Source: Octopus sinensis
Taxonomy: Eukaryota
Length of the DNA: 64,000 bases
NCBI RefSeq assembly: GCF_006345805.1
Contig: NC_043008.1
Span: forward strand, 27,218,001-27,282,000
Reading direction: 5' to 3'
The position numbers were made by a program, and so were the translations under genes. Below the pieces are notes generated by a model that saw only the letters and a list, made by a program, of their open reading frames with translations, searched no databases and was not told the origin of the DNA. Shown here in pieces: positions 51,289 through 64,000 of the stretch. The number at the start of each line of letters is the position of its first letter. The stretch's first letter is position 1.

Positions 51289-54200
51289 TTATTGTATGGA
51301 AAGTGTTCTGCGTAGGATGTGTGCAGTGTCTAGTAGTGCAATTTTCTGTATGTTATATGTGTTTGTAAGTCCTGGTGTTTTTGTTATGTATTTGTCTGAA
51401 TATTTTTTTATCATGCCTAATGCACCTACTATGATAGGAATTGTTTCTGTTTTCAGGTTCCACATTCTAGTTACCTCTATTTCCAGGTCTTTGTATTTTG
51501 AGAGTTTCTCCATTTCTTTTAGAGAAACGTTGTCATCTGCCGGTATTGATACATCAAATAGAAAGCATTTTTTTTCTTCATGATCTCTGACAACTATATC
51601 TGGTCTGTTGGCCTTAATTTCTCTATCTGTGTGTATCGGCATATCCCACAGTATGGTTGCTTTCTCGTTTTCTGTGACCTTTTCTGGTGTGTGCCTATAC
51701 CATCTTTTTTCTGTTGTTATTCCATAATGTTGGCATAGCTTCCAATGTATGTAGGTTCCAACTCTGTCATGTCTGTGAATATATTCCTTCTTAGCCAGGA
51801 CTGGGCAGCTAGAGATAATATGATTTATTGTTTCTTTCCATCTCCACATATTCTGCAGTTACTTGTAATATTTCTTTTCATTACATGTTTTTGGTAATTT
51901 CTGGTGGGGAGGCTTTGGTCTTGTGCTGCAATTAAAAATCCCTCTGTCTCTGCTTTGAGTCCTGAGCTTCTCAACCATTGCTGGGATTTTTCTTTGTCTA
52001 TTTCTTTTGCGTTTAGTTTAGTGCAGTATTTACCATGAAGGGGCTTTTGTTGCCATCGTTTTATCATGGCTCGTTGCTGTTCTATTTTTAGTTTTGATTT
52101 CATTTGTTTTATAGCTTTTGATGTTTCTTCATCATCTTCTTCTTCTTCTTTGTGTTTATTAGGTGGTATGATTTCTTGTTTGTATTTGTCAGCTTCCTTA
52201 AATACTGAGAACAGTTTTTTGTTTTGCTCGTGTTTTGCTGCTATCTGGATCAGTTTTCCTTCCTTCTGAAGTAGGTATTTTTGCAGTCCTATGTTGGTTA
52301 TTTTATAGTAGTTTCCCAGCTGTATAAGGCCTCTACCACCTTCTATACGTTGTATATATAGTCTTTCTATGTCAGATTTTGGGTGATGCATCCTAGATCC
52401 TGTCAGTATTTTTCTTGTTTTCCTATCTATTTTGGACAGTTCATTTCGTGTCCAGTTAAGGATATTGTAGCTGTAACTTATAACTGGGACAGCTAAAGTG
52501 TTGATACCTATTATCTTGTTTTTAGCATTGAGCTCTGTTTTTAGTATTGATCTAACTCGTCTATAATATTCTTTTTTTATTTTCTCTTTCATTTGTGTGT
52601 GTTGTGTCTTATCTAGTTCATGGATTCCTAAGTATTTGTAAGTTTGGCTTTGGTCTAATTCTTTTATTTCATTGGTTTTATCTAGTGTGATGTTGTTACT
52701 CTTAACTAGTTTTCCTCTTTTCATGGTTACTTTGGCGCATTTTTCTAATCCAAATTTCATATCTATTTCTTTGGTAAATCCATTAACTGTCTTTAATAGT
52801 GTTTCCAGCTGTTTGTCATTTGCAGCGTATAGTTTTAGGTCATCCATATATAAAAGGTGGCTGATCGTTTTGCCGTAACATTTATATCCGCATCCAGTTC
52901 TATTTAGCATATCAGATAGAGGTGACAGTGCCAAGCAGAAAAGGAGTGGAGAGAGCGTGTCTCCCTGGAATATTCCTCTTCTAATGGGGATGTCTTTGGT
53001 TTTCATGAGTCCCTCTTTTGTTTGGAGGTGTAGGACTGTTTGCCATTTATTCATAGAGTGCTCTATGAATTTTATGATTGTTGGTGCTACTTTGCTAATG
53101 GCTAGTGTTTCGAGGATCCATGTGTGGGGGATGCTATCAAACGCCTTTTTGTAGTCAATCCATGCCATACTGAGGCCTTTCTTCTTTCTGTGGCTGTCTT
53201 CAGTTATGGCTTTATTAATCATTAGTTGATCTTTACAGCCATATGAGCCTTTGCGGCATCCTTTCTGCTCTTCTGGGAACAGTTTGTTTTCGTCCAGGTG
53301 CTTGTTCAGCCTTTGTGATATCACTGCAGTAAATGTCTTGAACATAGTAGGGAGGCAGGTTATTGGTCTGTAGTTTTCTGGTTTTTCTGTTTCATTTGAT
53401 TTGGGAATTAAGATGGTTTTCCCCTTCGTGAGCCATTCAGGCATTGTCTCTGGCTCTGCTAGTACTTTGTTAAAGTTTTCAGCCAGCTTTTTGTGCATTC
53501 CTGTTAAATATTTCAACCAGAAGTTGGGGATCTTGTCATGCCCAGGTGCCTTCCAGTTGCTTAGTCTTTGCAGTGCCTGGGTGACCTCTTCAGTTGTTAT
53601 GGGGGTCCAAAGTTGTTCAGATGCCGAGTTTGTTATTCTGATACTCCCTTTTTTTGGTGGTTCGTTCGCCGACCATATTTCTCCCCAGAATTCTTCCAAT
53701 TCTTCTGCCGTTGGTGCTGCAGTAACTTCTATTTTATTTTTTCCCAGTTCTTGGTAGAACTTTTTGGGGTCGGAGTTGAACTTTTTGTTCTGTTCAAAGA
53801 AGCGTTGGCGTTTCTCGTACCGGCGGATCCTTTGAGCTTTGGCAAGGATATCTTGCTTCAGCTTTTCTTTTATCTCCGGCAAATCTTTTTCTGTGATGTT
53901 ATATTTGCGGAGCATTTTTGTTCTCTTTTTGTTGCTCAGTAGCGTTGCTTGTTTGCTGATTTCATTAAGAATCGACAGGTCTTTTCTAATTTTTTTTTTG
54001 TTTTGGATGTTACTTATCCACAGGGTTTGTTTGGGTGGTGGTACTCCTGTTTGGGCGGGTTTGGGTGAGTATCCAGCTTCTTTTGTGGCTGCAGTGGCTG
54101 CTGCGTATATCAAGTCATTTAGTTCAGTGATATCACTTTTTTTTGTTTCAGTGGCTAGTTCAGTGACGGCTAGGTTTATGTTGTTTATAATTGGTGTTGT

Positions 54201-54927
54201 TATTGGGTTTATTTTGATTCTTGGGAGGTATGGTCGGTGGTTTTTGAGCTCTGTGGTTTTTAGTTCTTTGATTATTTTATTTTTTATATTATCATAATCA
54301 TTAGGCTCCCCTTCGTTGTTTACATCGTGTTTGTTGGGAATGTTGCGTTTGTCTTCGTGTTTTACAGTTTCAGTGTTTATATTTTTGTGCATTGTTGTGT
54401 GGCTTCTATCTACATTTTCCTGGTGTATGTTTTTCTTTTAAATGTTCTATTTCTATTTCTGATATTTTTTTGGCTTTGAGAATGTATCTTCGTACGTTAG
54501 CTAATTTATTAGGGTTCATTGCTGTATCCAAGTCTATATCTCTATTATTTTCCTTCCATATTTTATATGTATGTGTTGTTGTATTTTTATTTTGTGGGTA
54601 GAGCATTGCTGTGAAGTATGCGTGTAAGATAGAAATGTATTCCTCACGTGTCCATTTACGTCTTTTGGGTTTTAATTGCGGGACATGAGATACAACGTCC
54701 GGCCCATTATTTTGACGGTCGTCATTTTCGTAGGGTACCGGTCCGTTTATTTCTGTTGTCACATTATTTCGCACGTGTAGTTTTTCGCACATTTTTTGTT
54801 GTAAGTTTAATGTACGTACCGCTCGATTGTTATTCTTGGGTTGAATAGTATCGGTGGCATTTAATTTCTTCGTATTTCCATTGTACATGGTGTTTGAGGT
54901 CGGGGATGATCGTGTTGTTCCACGCAT
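51289..54927 (-). CDS. Single-ORF polyprotein (~1212 aa if repaired): Myb-like N-terminus, RT, CCHC knuckle, restriction-like endonuclease; split into 173 + 855 + 186 aa by two 1-nt frameshifts
   Basis: RRKWTREEY, KAPGHD, NYRPITCL, DYKKAFDSIPH, QGDTLSPLLF, YMDD, CRIC-x7-H-x4-C, RHD, NRPDIVV, KE.EK..KY.DL. Confidence 0.92.
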
Positions 54928-55130
54928 GTTTACATGTGTTGTGTTAGAGGTGGAGATAATATCGAGTCAAAATACATCATTTCGTTTCGAAACTAGTAAT
55001 AAATTTCAATTCGTATTACTTACTCGGATATAGTCCAATTCTTTGTTAGTAAATCTTTGGCTCCATAGGGTGTCCTTGTTTTCGATGTTTGTGGATAGAT
55101 TTGGGAGCTCTGTATTTTCCTTCTTACATC

Positions 55131-55219
55131 TTAAACGTCCCCGGTGTCTTCTCCTTAAACGTCCCCGGTGTCTTCTCTTAAACGTCCCCGGTGTCTTCTT
55201 TAAACGTCCCCGGTGTCTT
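55131..55219 (-). repeat. 4x ~23-bp tandem repeat forming the 5' end of the LINE
   Basis: ttaaacgtccccggtgtctt occurs four times; unit lengths 24, 23, 22 and 20 nt. Confidence 0.95.
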
Positions 55220-55238
55220 ATTATTATTATTATTATCA

Positions 55239-55346
<108 letters not shown>

Positions 55347-55351
55347 TTAGT

Positions 55352-55841
55352 CAGTAGTTTTATTTTTATAGCGTGCTTTTACTTCACTACCGAGTGCAGC
55401 TCTGTGTGCCTTGGGTATGTGATTTGGTTTGTTGTGGTGTTTTTACTTTCAAGTTACAGAAAGTGCTTTATGTAGAATGTGCGCGGAGCCTAATAGTGCT
55501 ATTTTCTGTATGTTATTTATACTTGTACGTCCTAGTGTTTCGGATATGTATATGTCTGAATAAATTTTTTTATCATATCTAAGGCGCCAACTATTACAGG
55601 AATTGTTTCTGGTTTTAGCTTCAACATTCTAGATATCTCTCTTCCCAGATATTTGTATTTTGAAAGTTTGTCCGTTTCTTTTACAATAAAGTTGTCATCT
55701 GTTGGTAGTGATATATCGATTAGACGGCATCTTCTTTCCTGATGATCACAACCACATATATCCAGTGTATTAGCCTTGTATTCTCTATCTGTGTATATTG
55801 GCATATCTCAGAGTATGGTTGCTTTCTCATTCTCAGTGACC
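55352..55841 (-). mobile_element. 5'-truncated older copy of the same Dong-like LINE (endonuclease C-terminus + 3' UTR)
   Basis: Shares cagtagttttattttt(t)atagcgtgcttt...cttgggtatgtg with 51191; PETIPVIVGAL motif. Confidence 0.88.
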
Positions 55842-55908
<67 letters not shown>

Positions 55909-56010
55909 GTTGTTGTTGTTGTTATTATTGTTGTTGTTGTTGTTGTTATTATTGTTGTTGTTGTTTGATTGATTGATTGATTGATAGATTGATAGATTGA
56001 TTTATTGATT

Positions 56011-56335
56011 GAGAGAGCGGTGCATGTCAACAAAGTGACACTAGGGTAAAAATATAGGAAGCCTAATATACCCACCACGACTACTCGTCTCATAAGGTTA
56101 CATCAGGCACATGCATCACAACCATTGTTTCCAGGGATGAATTATTCAAAGCCCAAAGTATTCCTCTCGACACATGGCTATGATGCTCCCGCACAACTTC
56201 TGCTCGTGATCAGAGATGCACATATCGCAGCCGCCAATATACATGCTCAACTGGTTATGGTTAAACAAGTGACAAGCGAATCTGTAGTATTGAGCAGAAT
56301 ATTTGCTGTAGCCCATATTGTATATCAAAACATGC
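56011..56335 (-). mobile_element. Internally deleted copy of the (AAT)n-flanked element
   Basis: gagagagcggtgcatgtcaacaaagtgacactagggtaaaa... matches the family 3' end. Confidence 0.8.
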
Positions 56336-57111
56336 TGCAGCGTAATATGTTAGTATTATTATTATTAGACAGGCCTTGTAGCCATGGTAAAAATTATTAT
56401 TATTATTATTAGACATTAAGAACAACGCAATGCAATTTGTAATATAGAGTGTTTATTTAATGGATAGAGCAATATTTCAAAGGATTGTCTGTCTTCAGGT
56501 TACAAATATAAAATGAAAAGTACCGCAGAAACGCCAACCTTCAAATATTGAACGAGAAGATCATGCGTTCCCGTTTAGAAATTCCTCTCTCATTTTATTA
56601 ATTCCTCCAGGATGCGATGTTAGTAATTCGCAAATATATTTCTTCTCAATCATTTTCATGAATAAAAGTGAAGTAGATTCAGAATATTTTCAGAGAATAT
56701 GTACTTTCAGGTGCTCCTCAAAATTAAAGCCGCTTATTATATAATGTTCGGCAAGTTCCGTCAAACTACAGCTATTGTGCCTGGCGTCATATCTACGCTC
56801 GTTGAATCATTTATTTAATTATTCTGTTGTACAACCAACATAGAACAAATTAGGTTTAGTGCATTCCACTGTGTATACCAAATGGGAACATTTACACGTT
56901 TCACCTTCTCTATATATCATAACATTTCTGTTGTGATTTGTGATGGAATTCACTTTACACATGCTGTAGCACAAGGAACAGGGATTACCTCACTTGCGGC
57001 TATTTTTCCAGGTGAATCATTAAGAAAGTGGAGTTTGTGGTGGTGGGGTGGAGTGGGGTTAAAGGTAGTGGTTATCCGTTTTCTTATATTTCTTGCATCT
57101 AATTGTTATAA

Positions 57112-57179
<68 letters not shown>

Positions 57180-57195
57180 TATTATTATTATTATT

Positions 57196-57739
57196 GAATG
57201 AGGGAGCAGTGCATGCCATCAAAGTGACACTGGGGTAAAATATACGAAGCCCAGTATCCTCATCGTGACTACCCTTCTGATAAGGGTACACAAGGCACAT
57301 GCATCAAAACCATGTGTACGCGACATGGTGATCTCATATCAAAGTAAACAGCGCATGACCTTGCAGGTGGGGTCCAGTTAGAATTTTCTTCTGGTTGAGT
57401 AACCTATCCCGCTCAAAAGGTCCCTGAATAAGGGTTGTTTAACGATATTGAACAAAACACTCAAGTTTGCAGTGGTGAATTATTCAAACCTCAAAGAATC
57501 CCACTCAAGACATGGCTATGATGCTCCCCACTACTTCTGCTCATGATCAGAGATGCACATACTGTCAGCCACTAAGGGACATGGTCAACTGATTAAGGGC
57601 AAATAATTGACAAGCAAATCTGTGATACTGAGCAGAATATTTGCTGTAGCCCATCTTTTATACCAAGACAAAACAATGTACATAATAACACTTCCAATCA
57701 GTTAAGATCAGAAGCCACTGCCTTGTACTGCATCAGAGC
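57196..57739 (-). mobile_element. Full-length copy of the (AAT)n-flanked element
   Basis: Reverse complement aligns end to end with 30639-31193; (ATT)n on both sides. Confidence 0.88.
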
Positions 57740-57775
<36 letters not shown>

Positions 57776-57910
57776 CATCATCATCATCATCATCATAATC
57801 ATCATCATCATCATCAGCAGCAGCAGCAGCATCATTATCATCATCATCATCATCATCAACATCATCATCATCGTCATCATCATCATCATCGTCATTATCA
57901 TCATCTATTA

Positions 57911-60120
57911 TGAAAGACTCTCTGATAGTACTTAATTACCGATTATTCAAGTGGTGCCTTCTGTGACTCAAAGAGACAATACTCTCCTTAGAATGCAAGC
58001 TGTACCCAACAATGCTGTCTACTGGATCACCTCAAGCATGACAGCAGCTCCAATATTCTTAATATGTTTTTCAAATCCCTTGGAAACTGCTCCTAACACT
58101 CCAATTACCACCATTATCACCATTACTTTCCTCATGCCCCATGAATTACCTATGTCATTCCGCAGTCGCTGGTATTCTCAATATTTTCTGTTTTCTTACA
58201 TTTCAGCCTCAAATCACCTCTGATTGCAACATCCAATACCTTTTTTTCTCTTTTTATCTTTATGGATGAGAACGATATCTGGTCATCTTGCCTCTGTGAC
58301 TTGGTCACATTGCTTGTTAAAATCCCAGTGTATTTTGTAATGTTCGTTTTCTATTACTGCTCTGGCTTGTGTTCATACCATTGTTCGTCTCTCTCTCTCT
58401 CGTGGTTTGCTTTACCGCACAACAGCCAGTGGATATACCTGGTTACATTGTCGTAGCTCTTTTTATATTCTCGTTGTGCGAGCTAAAATACTCACTAATA
58501 ATATGGCTTATACTTTCTCCCTTCTTAGAGAATATCCTACATTGTGGCGTGTCAGTGCTTTTATTAATGTGATGTTTGGAATAGTTTGTTGAGAGTTTAT
58601 CCTTGAGCGCTGCATACAAATGCCTCAGTGAGTCCTTTTAAGTCTCTCTTCTGCAGCTATTGCCAGGTGTTTTTCCAATCGATCACATCTTTATTCTTCA
58701 AGACCTCACAGTGCATTCTCTTGCCCTGACAGATTTTCTTCATCCGCTCTCTCTGGTATTCTTTAAATTAGGTTGGATCTACAGCTTCGTTCACTTTTAA
58801 GGTTCCCTACATATTCACTGATTCGGTCATTTCTTCTTTACTCCCCTTAGCATACCAAGCCAGGCTATTTCTCTCTTCCCTTATGCAACCTTCACACCAT
58901 GAAGGTCCGCCTTCCTTCCTCTTTACATACAATATTGACACATTACTCTTGGGGGGTACTTCTCTCTTCATTGTCATTAATTTACATGTTCTCCGGTCTA
59001 TCTCTTATAATTCATGCTTTCCAAGATACTATTCCTGCTCCATATCTCATCAAGGCAACAGCCCACGTGTTAATTGCTCTAATATTATAGCAGCCATTTA
59101 GCTTTGACTGGAGCACAAGCCGAGTTCTCAAATACTATTTCCTTTACATTTCTTACATCTTGTGTTCATTCACCATATCTCTTTCAATGATACCCAAGTA
59201 CTTAGATCCATCCTTTCCGACTTCCCTTATAGTTTCCCCACTTACCAGCCTGATACCATATTTTTTTTACTGATTTTTCTCCTATTGAGAATTATTACAC
59301 CACATTTCTCGATCCCAAATTCCATGCCAATGTTTGCTAATCATCTGCACAGTTGCTGTCAAACTCTCAACTTCTTTCTCAGACCTAATGAATTGCTTTA
59401 GGTCATCCATAAACCATATGTTGTTTACCTTCACCCTGCCTAGCATGTACCCCACACGCATCTTCTTCAAACGTTCGTTAGTGACAGTGTGCAGATAACA
59501 AATAGGAGAGGCGATAGACTGTCCGTTTGAAAGATTCCTCTTTCGATATTTACCTCTCCCAGCTTATCTCCCCATGCTATGAGTTCAATTCGCCAAGTTT
59601 GCCATTGAGTTTTGTATTCACGTCAGGATATTGTGTGAGACCTTAATCAGTTTAAGGCATTCAATAATCCACGAGTGTGGGACCATGTGAAATGCTTTCC
59701 TATAGTCCACCCAGACAACGCTAAATTTTTGTGTCTCTTCTTGCAATCAGCCAGTATAGTATTATCAATTAGTAATTGATCTTTAGTTCCTCTGCTCTTA
59801 CTTCTACACCCTCATTGTTCAACTACTAGTAGATCATACTCATCGATGCCCGTAATCAGTTTTCACATCAGTGGCAAACAGGATATTGGTCGGATATTTC
59901 TATCCGCATTCCCATTATTTGGGTCCTTCTAGCAAAGTACTGTTCTTCCTTTTGTCCTCCAGGCCGGTACCTGAATGTTGCTACTCAGTATTTCGTCCAG
60001 CTGTCTCGAAATATCTCCTGTGCAGAACTTTTAAATTTTAAAGCCCAAAGCTCTGAACCCCATTATTTTTCGCACACCATCCGGAGTATTCAAACGGTTC
60101 TAAGCTGTGCTGCTTTTCTG
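57911..60120 (-). mobile_element. Decayed R4/Dong-like LINE (RT to endonuclease)
   Basis: WFMDDLKQF (ORF 59282-59470), KAFHMVPH-like segment near 59690, and IQ*TALLGTACILRRVL at the C-terminus. Confidence 0.8.
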
Positions 60121-60129
60121 CAATTGCTC

Positions 60130-61545
60130 CACCCTTATTGCAGCCCTATTTGTTTCATATATGTATCAAGATTTTTACTCACTCTTCCCGGGGCTCCGAC
60201 AATTATTGGTACTACATCCAACTTTTTCAGCGACCACAACTACTTAACTTCCCAAACTAACCTATCATATCTATCGATTTTCTTTCTTCCATATCGCATA
60301 CCTTGATGTTAGCTGGGCATGCTATATCTGTTTTCCTGCATAGTTGCTTTCTTTCTCAATTAAAACTATGACTGTTTTCCTATTCTCCATCTCATGGTCG
60401 CACTGAATCAGGAAATCTCACAGGATCTTTGCAGTATCAATTTCGATGTTGCCTTCAGGTTTATGTTCGTATCACTTTTTTGATCTGTCAAATCCATACT
60501 TGTTGGAAAGGGTCCAATCGACAATCATTGCTATATTGTCATAACGTATCTTATATTCTTTCTGGGCTAGTGGCATACATCGACTGGTAATATGCCATAG
60601 AGTTTCAGCATTTTGTCCAGAAATTCTGCACATCAATTTCTGATGTATTGTCTATTCTGCATTTCTATTCGTTCGTAGTTCTTGCTCTTGGGCAGCACAG
60701 ATTATAGTACACATTTACGTTTTTGAATTACTTTTAGCCATCCAGAGCATCTTTTTCTCTGTTTGTCTTATATTGAACATACTTATGAAATTGTCCATGC
60801 ATTCTTTTCTTTATCCAACTATTTTCAGTTTCATTCATTCTCAAGTGCTTGTACAGTGCTTTATCTTTGCAATCTTCCATCCTACACAAGCCTGACATTC
60901 TTACTTCAAATAATAATTAACCTGTGAAATTTTTTACATACCATCCTATGTTGCTTTCTTCTCTAATGCTGTGTTCTCATTATATCAGTCCTCTTCACCA
61001 ACTTTTTCTTGGTACATATAGCCTATCCGGGCGACCTTTTGGATGGAATATCCCATATCTTGTCAGCAACTTCCTTATTTTTTAACTAAGCTGTTTAGTT
61101 CGTCTACTGCCATGCAATTCGCCCTGCTTCATATCTAAGGAATGAAACCACCTCGGTGTTGAAAGCTTCAATCTTATTCCGTCCGTTTAATTTCGAATTA
61201 AGGATCAGTCTCAGTCTGCGCAAGTACTCCACCTTAAACATTTCTGTCATTTCTTTCTCCATCAATTTATCCATTTACAAAATCCCCAAGTACTTATAGT
61301 CCATCTCTTCTATCTGTTTCATAACCTCCCCGGACGGTATCGCTAGCCCGTCCATACATTTGATTTTGCCTCTCTTCAAGACTAACACACCACACCTTTT
61401 TCAGTCTGAACTCCATTCCTATATCAGCACTGAAAGTATACACCGTATCAACGAGGGAACTAATTTGGGATTCATCTTTACCATAAAACCATCAGTCTCT
61501 GCTTTGAGTCCTGAGGTTCTCAGCCATTGTTGGAATGTTGCTTTA
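60130..61545 (-). mobile_element. Second decayed R4/Dong-like LINE fragment (RT C-terminus to endonuclease)
   Basis: IGMEFRLKKCGVLVLKRGK, YKYLGIL, HPK..PDRL and VVPIIVGAPG remnants; a second RT C-terminus separate from the one at 59400. Confidence 0.75.
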
Positions 61546-61563
61546 GTTCATTTCTGTTTATCT

Positions 61564-61663
61564 TATCCTTCTTCTTCTTCTTTCTTCTTCTTCTTCTTCT
61601 TCTTCTTCTTCTTCATCTTCTTCTTCTTCTTCTTCTTCTCTTCTTCTTCTTCTTCTTCTTCTT

Positions 61664-61693
<30 letters not shown>
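61564..61693. repeat. (TTC)n microsatellite
   Basis: Visible directly. Confidence 0.95.
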
Positions 61694-61694
<1 letters not shown>

Positions 61695-62204
61695 TTGTTA
61701 TTATTGTTATATTACCCTTCCTTACCACTACAACCACTACCTGAACCCGTAGTCGTATTTTCCGAGCCTAATCCTTGTATTTTCGTATTTCCCCCTGTTC
61801 TTTGCCTGCTATGTATAATTATGCGTATATATTATATATTTAGGAGCAAACAAACATGTACGGACCTAGGATTATGCTTACGTTTATGTATGTAAATAAA
61901 TCTTTTGTTTTATGTGTCTCTGAGTGAAGAGTGAGAAAGAAAGAAAATAGATAGGTGTCTGTACATTTCTGTGGTTATATATGTATATAAATGTTTCCTT
62001 TTCTGTAGCTGTGTATCTATTTATCACAAATACCCGTATTTTTGATGTTGCTTTCTTCGTGTTTTCATATATTTTAATGGTACTAGATGAATATCACTTT
62101 ACTAGTTACACATATCAAGGACCAAAATTTCCAACAAATTGACAATAATACATATGTTAGTTTCAAATTTTATTACAAGGCCAGCTATTTCCAGGAAGGC
62201 GTTA

Positions 62205-62369
62205 AAGTGATATGATCGACACCAGTACTCAACTTGTAGTTATTTATTTTATCGATCTCCAAGGAGAAAAGAATCGACCCTGGTGCAATTTGATCTCTGA
62301 ACATGAAGACGAACGAAATCCTGCAAAGCATTTTGCCCAGCGTGATAACGATTCAGCTAGTTCGCCGCC
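62205..62369 (-). mobile_element. SINE family A, diverged
   Basis: Ends ...gataacgattcagctagttcgccgcc, the reverse complement of the tRNA-like head. Confidence 0.75.
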
Positions 62370-63377
62370 TACGCAATATGAACACAAATTGCCATTTCAC
62401 ATTATATCCGGTGCCTAATCAGATGATAATGCATATGATACAAATTGGTCGATCATAGATTCACAGCGTCATGTCACTTAGATGTCTACAGAAAATGCGA
62501 TATATCTCTTTTGTAAAAGTTTAAAATTCTATTTTAAAATTCTATTTGCTTCTCTAAGTCAAATATCTTAACTCATTCCTTACAGCTGCTAATTTAGTTA
62601 TCTTCAACACGTGACTGACTGGTATTTTTTTATATATAACTAAATTGTCATATTAGTATTCTTTTGTAGCTGTAAGCAATTTTCTACAAAATATACGATC
62701 TGATTTCTTGTGAAATGAAGATTGTGTTAAATGGCAAGCAAATTCGATTGCAATTAATTTGTCATACTAGGATGTTGTCATATATCGAAAATAATTGTTC
62801 TCAACAGCATTGACAATTGGCAAACAAAACTAAACTCTCTCTTGTACTCAATATTTTTACAGTTATTAATTAAACAGATGAAAACATCAAATGTTTCTCT
62901 ATATTGTATTTAAAAGATTGAAATGTAACGCCTTTTTCGAAGATATTGATAATGTATCAAATCGCAACATTAAGTGAACCAATTAAGTTTCGAAATATAA
63001 TTAGTAGAGGATGTTATTTCTGCGATACGATGCGGGCTATGCATTCATTGCATCTCATAACCTAAACAGCTGTAAGGTAATGAAGTGCATAACATAACAA
63101 TCTTATTTTCTTTTTTTCGTATGCTGTTGCTCATTCTCATTACCGCTCTATACTCGTCAAACACTTTCTTCTGAAAAATAAGTGTATTGAGTTCTACAGA
63201 TGGTCATTTATTCGATTTGATTTGATTTGATCTAATTTCAGTTCATGAGCTGTGGCCATGCTGGAGAACCGTTATTTGGTGTTGCAACATAATTTTACCT
63301 CACTAATTCTTCTTAGAAATTGATATTTGGTGTTTTAGAGAGTACGATGCCGCTGCCCTCATCTACACTTCCTGCTC

Positions 63378-63506
63378 CGGGTTCAGTCCCACTGCGTGAC
63401 ACCTTGGGCAAGTGTCTTCTACCATAGCCTCGGACCGACCAAAGCCTTGTGAGTGGATTTGTTAGACGGAAACTGAAAGAGGCTCGTCATATATAAGTAT
63501 ATATAA

Positions 63507-63564
<58 letters not shown>

Positions 63565-63730
63565 ATATGTTTGTGTGTCTCTGTTTGTTCCCACAACATC
63601 ACTTGACAACCGATGTTGGTGTGTTTACGTCCCCGTAACTTAGCGGTTCGGCAAAAGAGACCGATAGAATAAGTACTAGGCTTACAAAGAATAAGCCGTG
63701 TGGTCGATTTGCTCGACCAAAGGTGGTACT
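63378..63730 (+). mobile_element. SINE family B, bipartite with an internal (TA)n linker
   Basis: ggttcagtcccactgcgtgacaccttgggcaagtgtcttc...gaaactgaaaga, then (TA)n, then cgtaacttagcggttcggcaaaagagaccgatagaataagtac. Confidence 0.9.
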
Positions 63731-64000
63731 ACACATTAAAATTCGATGTTACGCACAACTCTTGTAATTTTCGGAAGAAAAAGAAACAATAACGTTTCTA
63801 AGTAATGAAAGTTCTTCATACGGACGCGGTTAAAAACTCGTATTACATTGATATGTCATTCATTCGGTCCTTTACTCAATATACACTGTAGGATATCTTT
63901 CAATTTATACGATAAACTTTATAAATTTTAAACTTCAATAGTCACGTAACATAAATAAAGGTATCGATATGAGTTATTCAAATAATTGTTCGTAGAATAA

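Larger units (their letters stand above)
51191..55219 (-). mobile_element. Near-intact full-length R4/Dong-like non-LTR retrotransposon (~4.0 kb) inside (AAT)n
   Basis: (ATT)n at both ends, a ~290-nt 5' UTR, one long coding region, and a ~100-nt 3' UTR whose end is shared with the copy at 55352. Confidence 0.92.

Noticed and set aside
55131-55219. CRISPR-like direct repeats
   Set aside because: The spacers are 2-4 nt rather than unique 25-45 nt sequences, the context is eukaryotic, and there are no cas genes.

Overview
AT-rich eukaryotic genomic DNA, dense in microsatellites and transposons. The SINE families and repeat content suggest an octopus or other coleoid cephalopod (inference). No complete host gene is visible, only a few candidate plus-strand exons. 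Most ORFs in the track are translations of microsatellites or TE remnants. Main contents: (1) a decayed Penelope-like element (RT + GIY-YIG) abutting a decayed Gypsy (K02A2.6/Mag-like) gag-pol; (2) two strand-uniform chains of (AAT)n-flanked R4/Dong-like LINEs and a ~550-bp non-autonomous element, including one nearly intact 4-kb LINE broken only by two compensating 1-nt homopolymer frameshifts; (3) many tRNA-derived SINEs, a Helitron-like element and MITEs; (4) seven hammerhead ribozyme motifs of six different sequence types, five of them within or flanked by inverted repeats typical of Penelope-like pseudo-LTR ends. All alignments, folds and coordinates were done by eye; element boundaries are approximate unless stated to the base.
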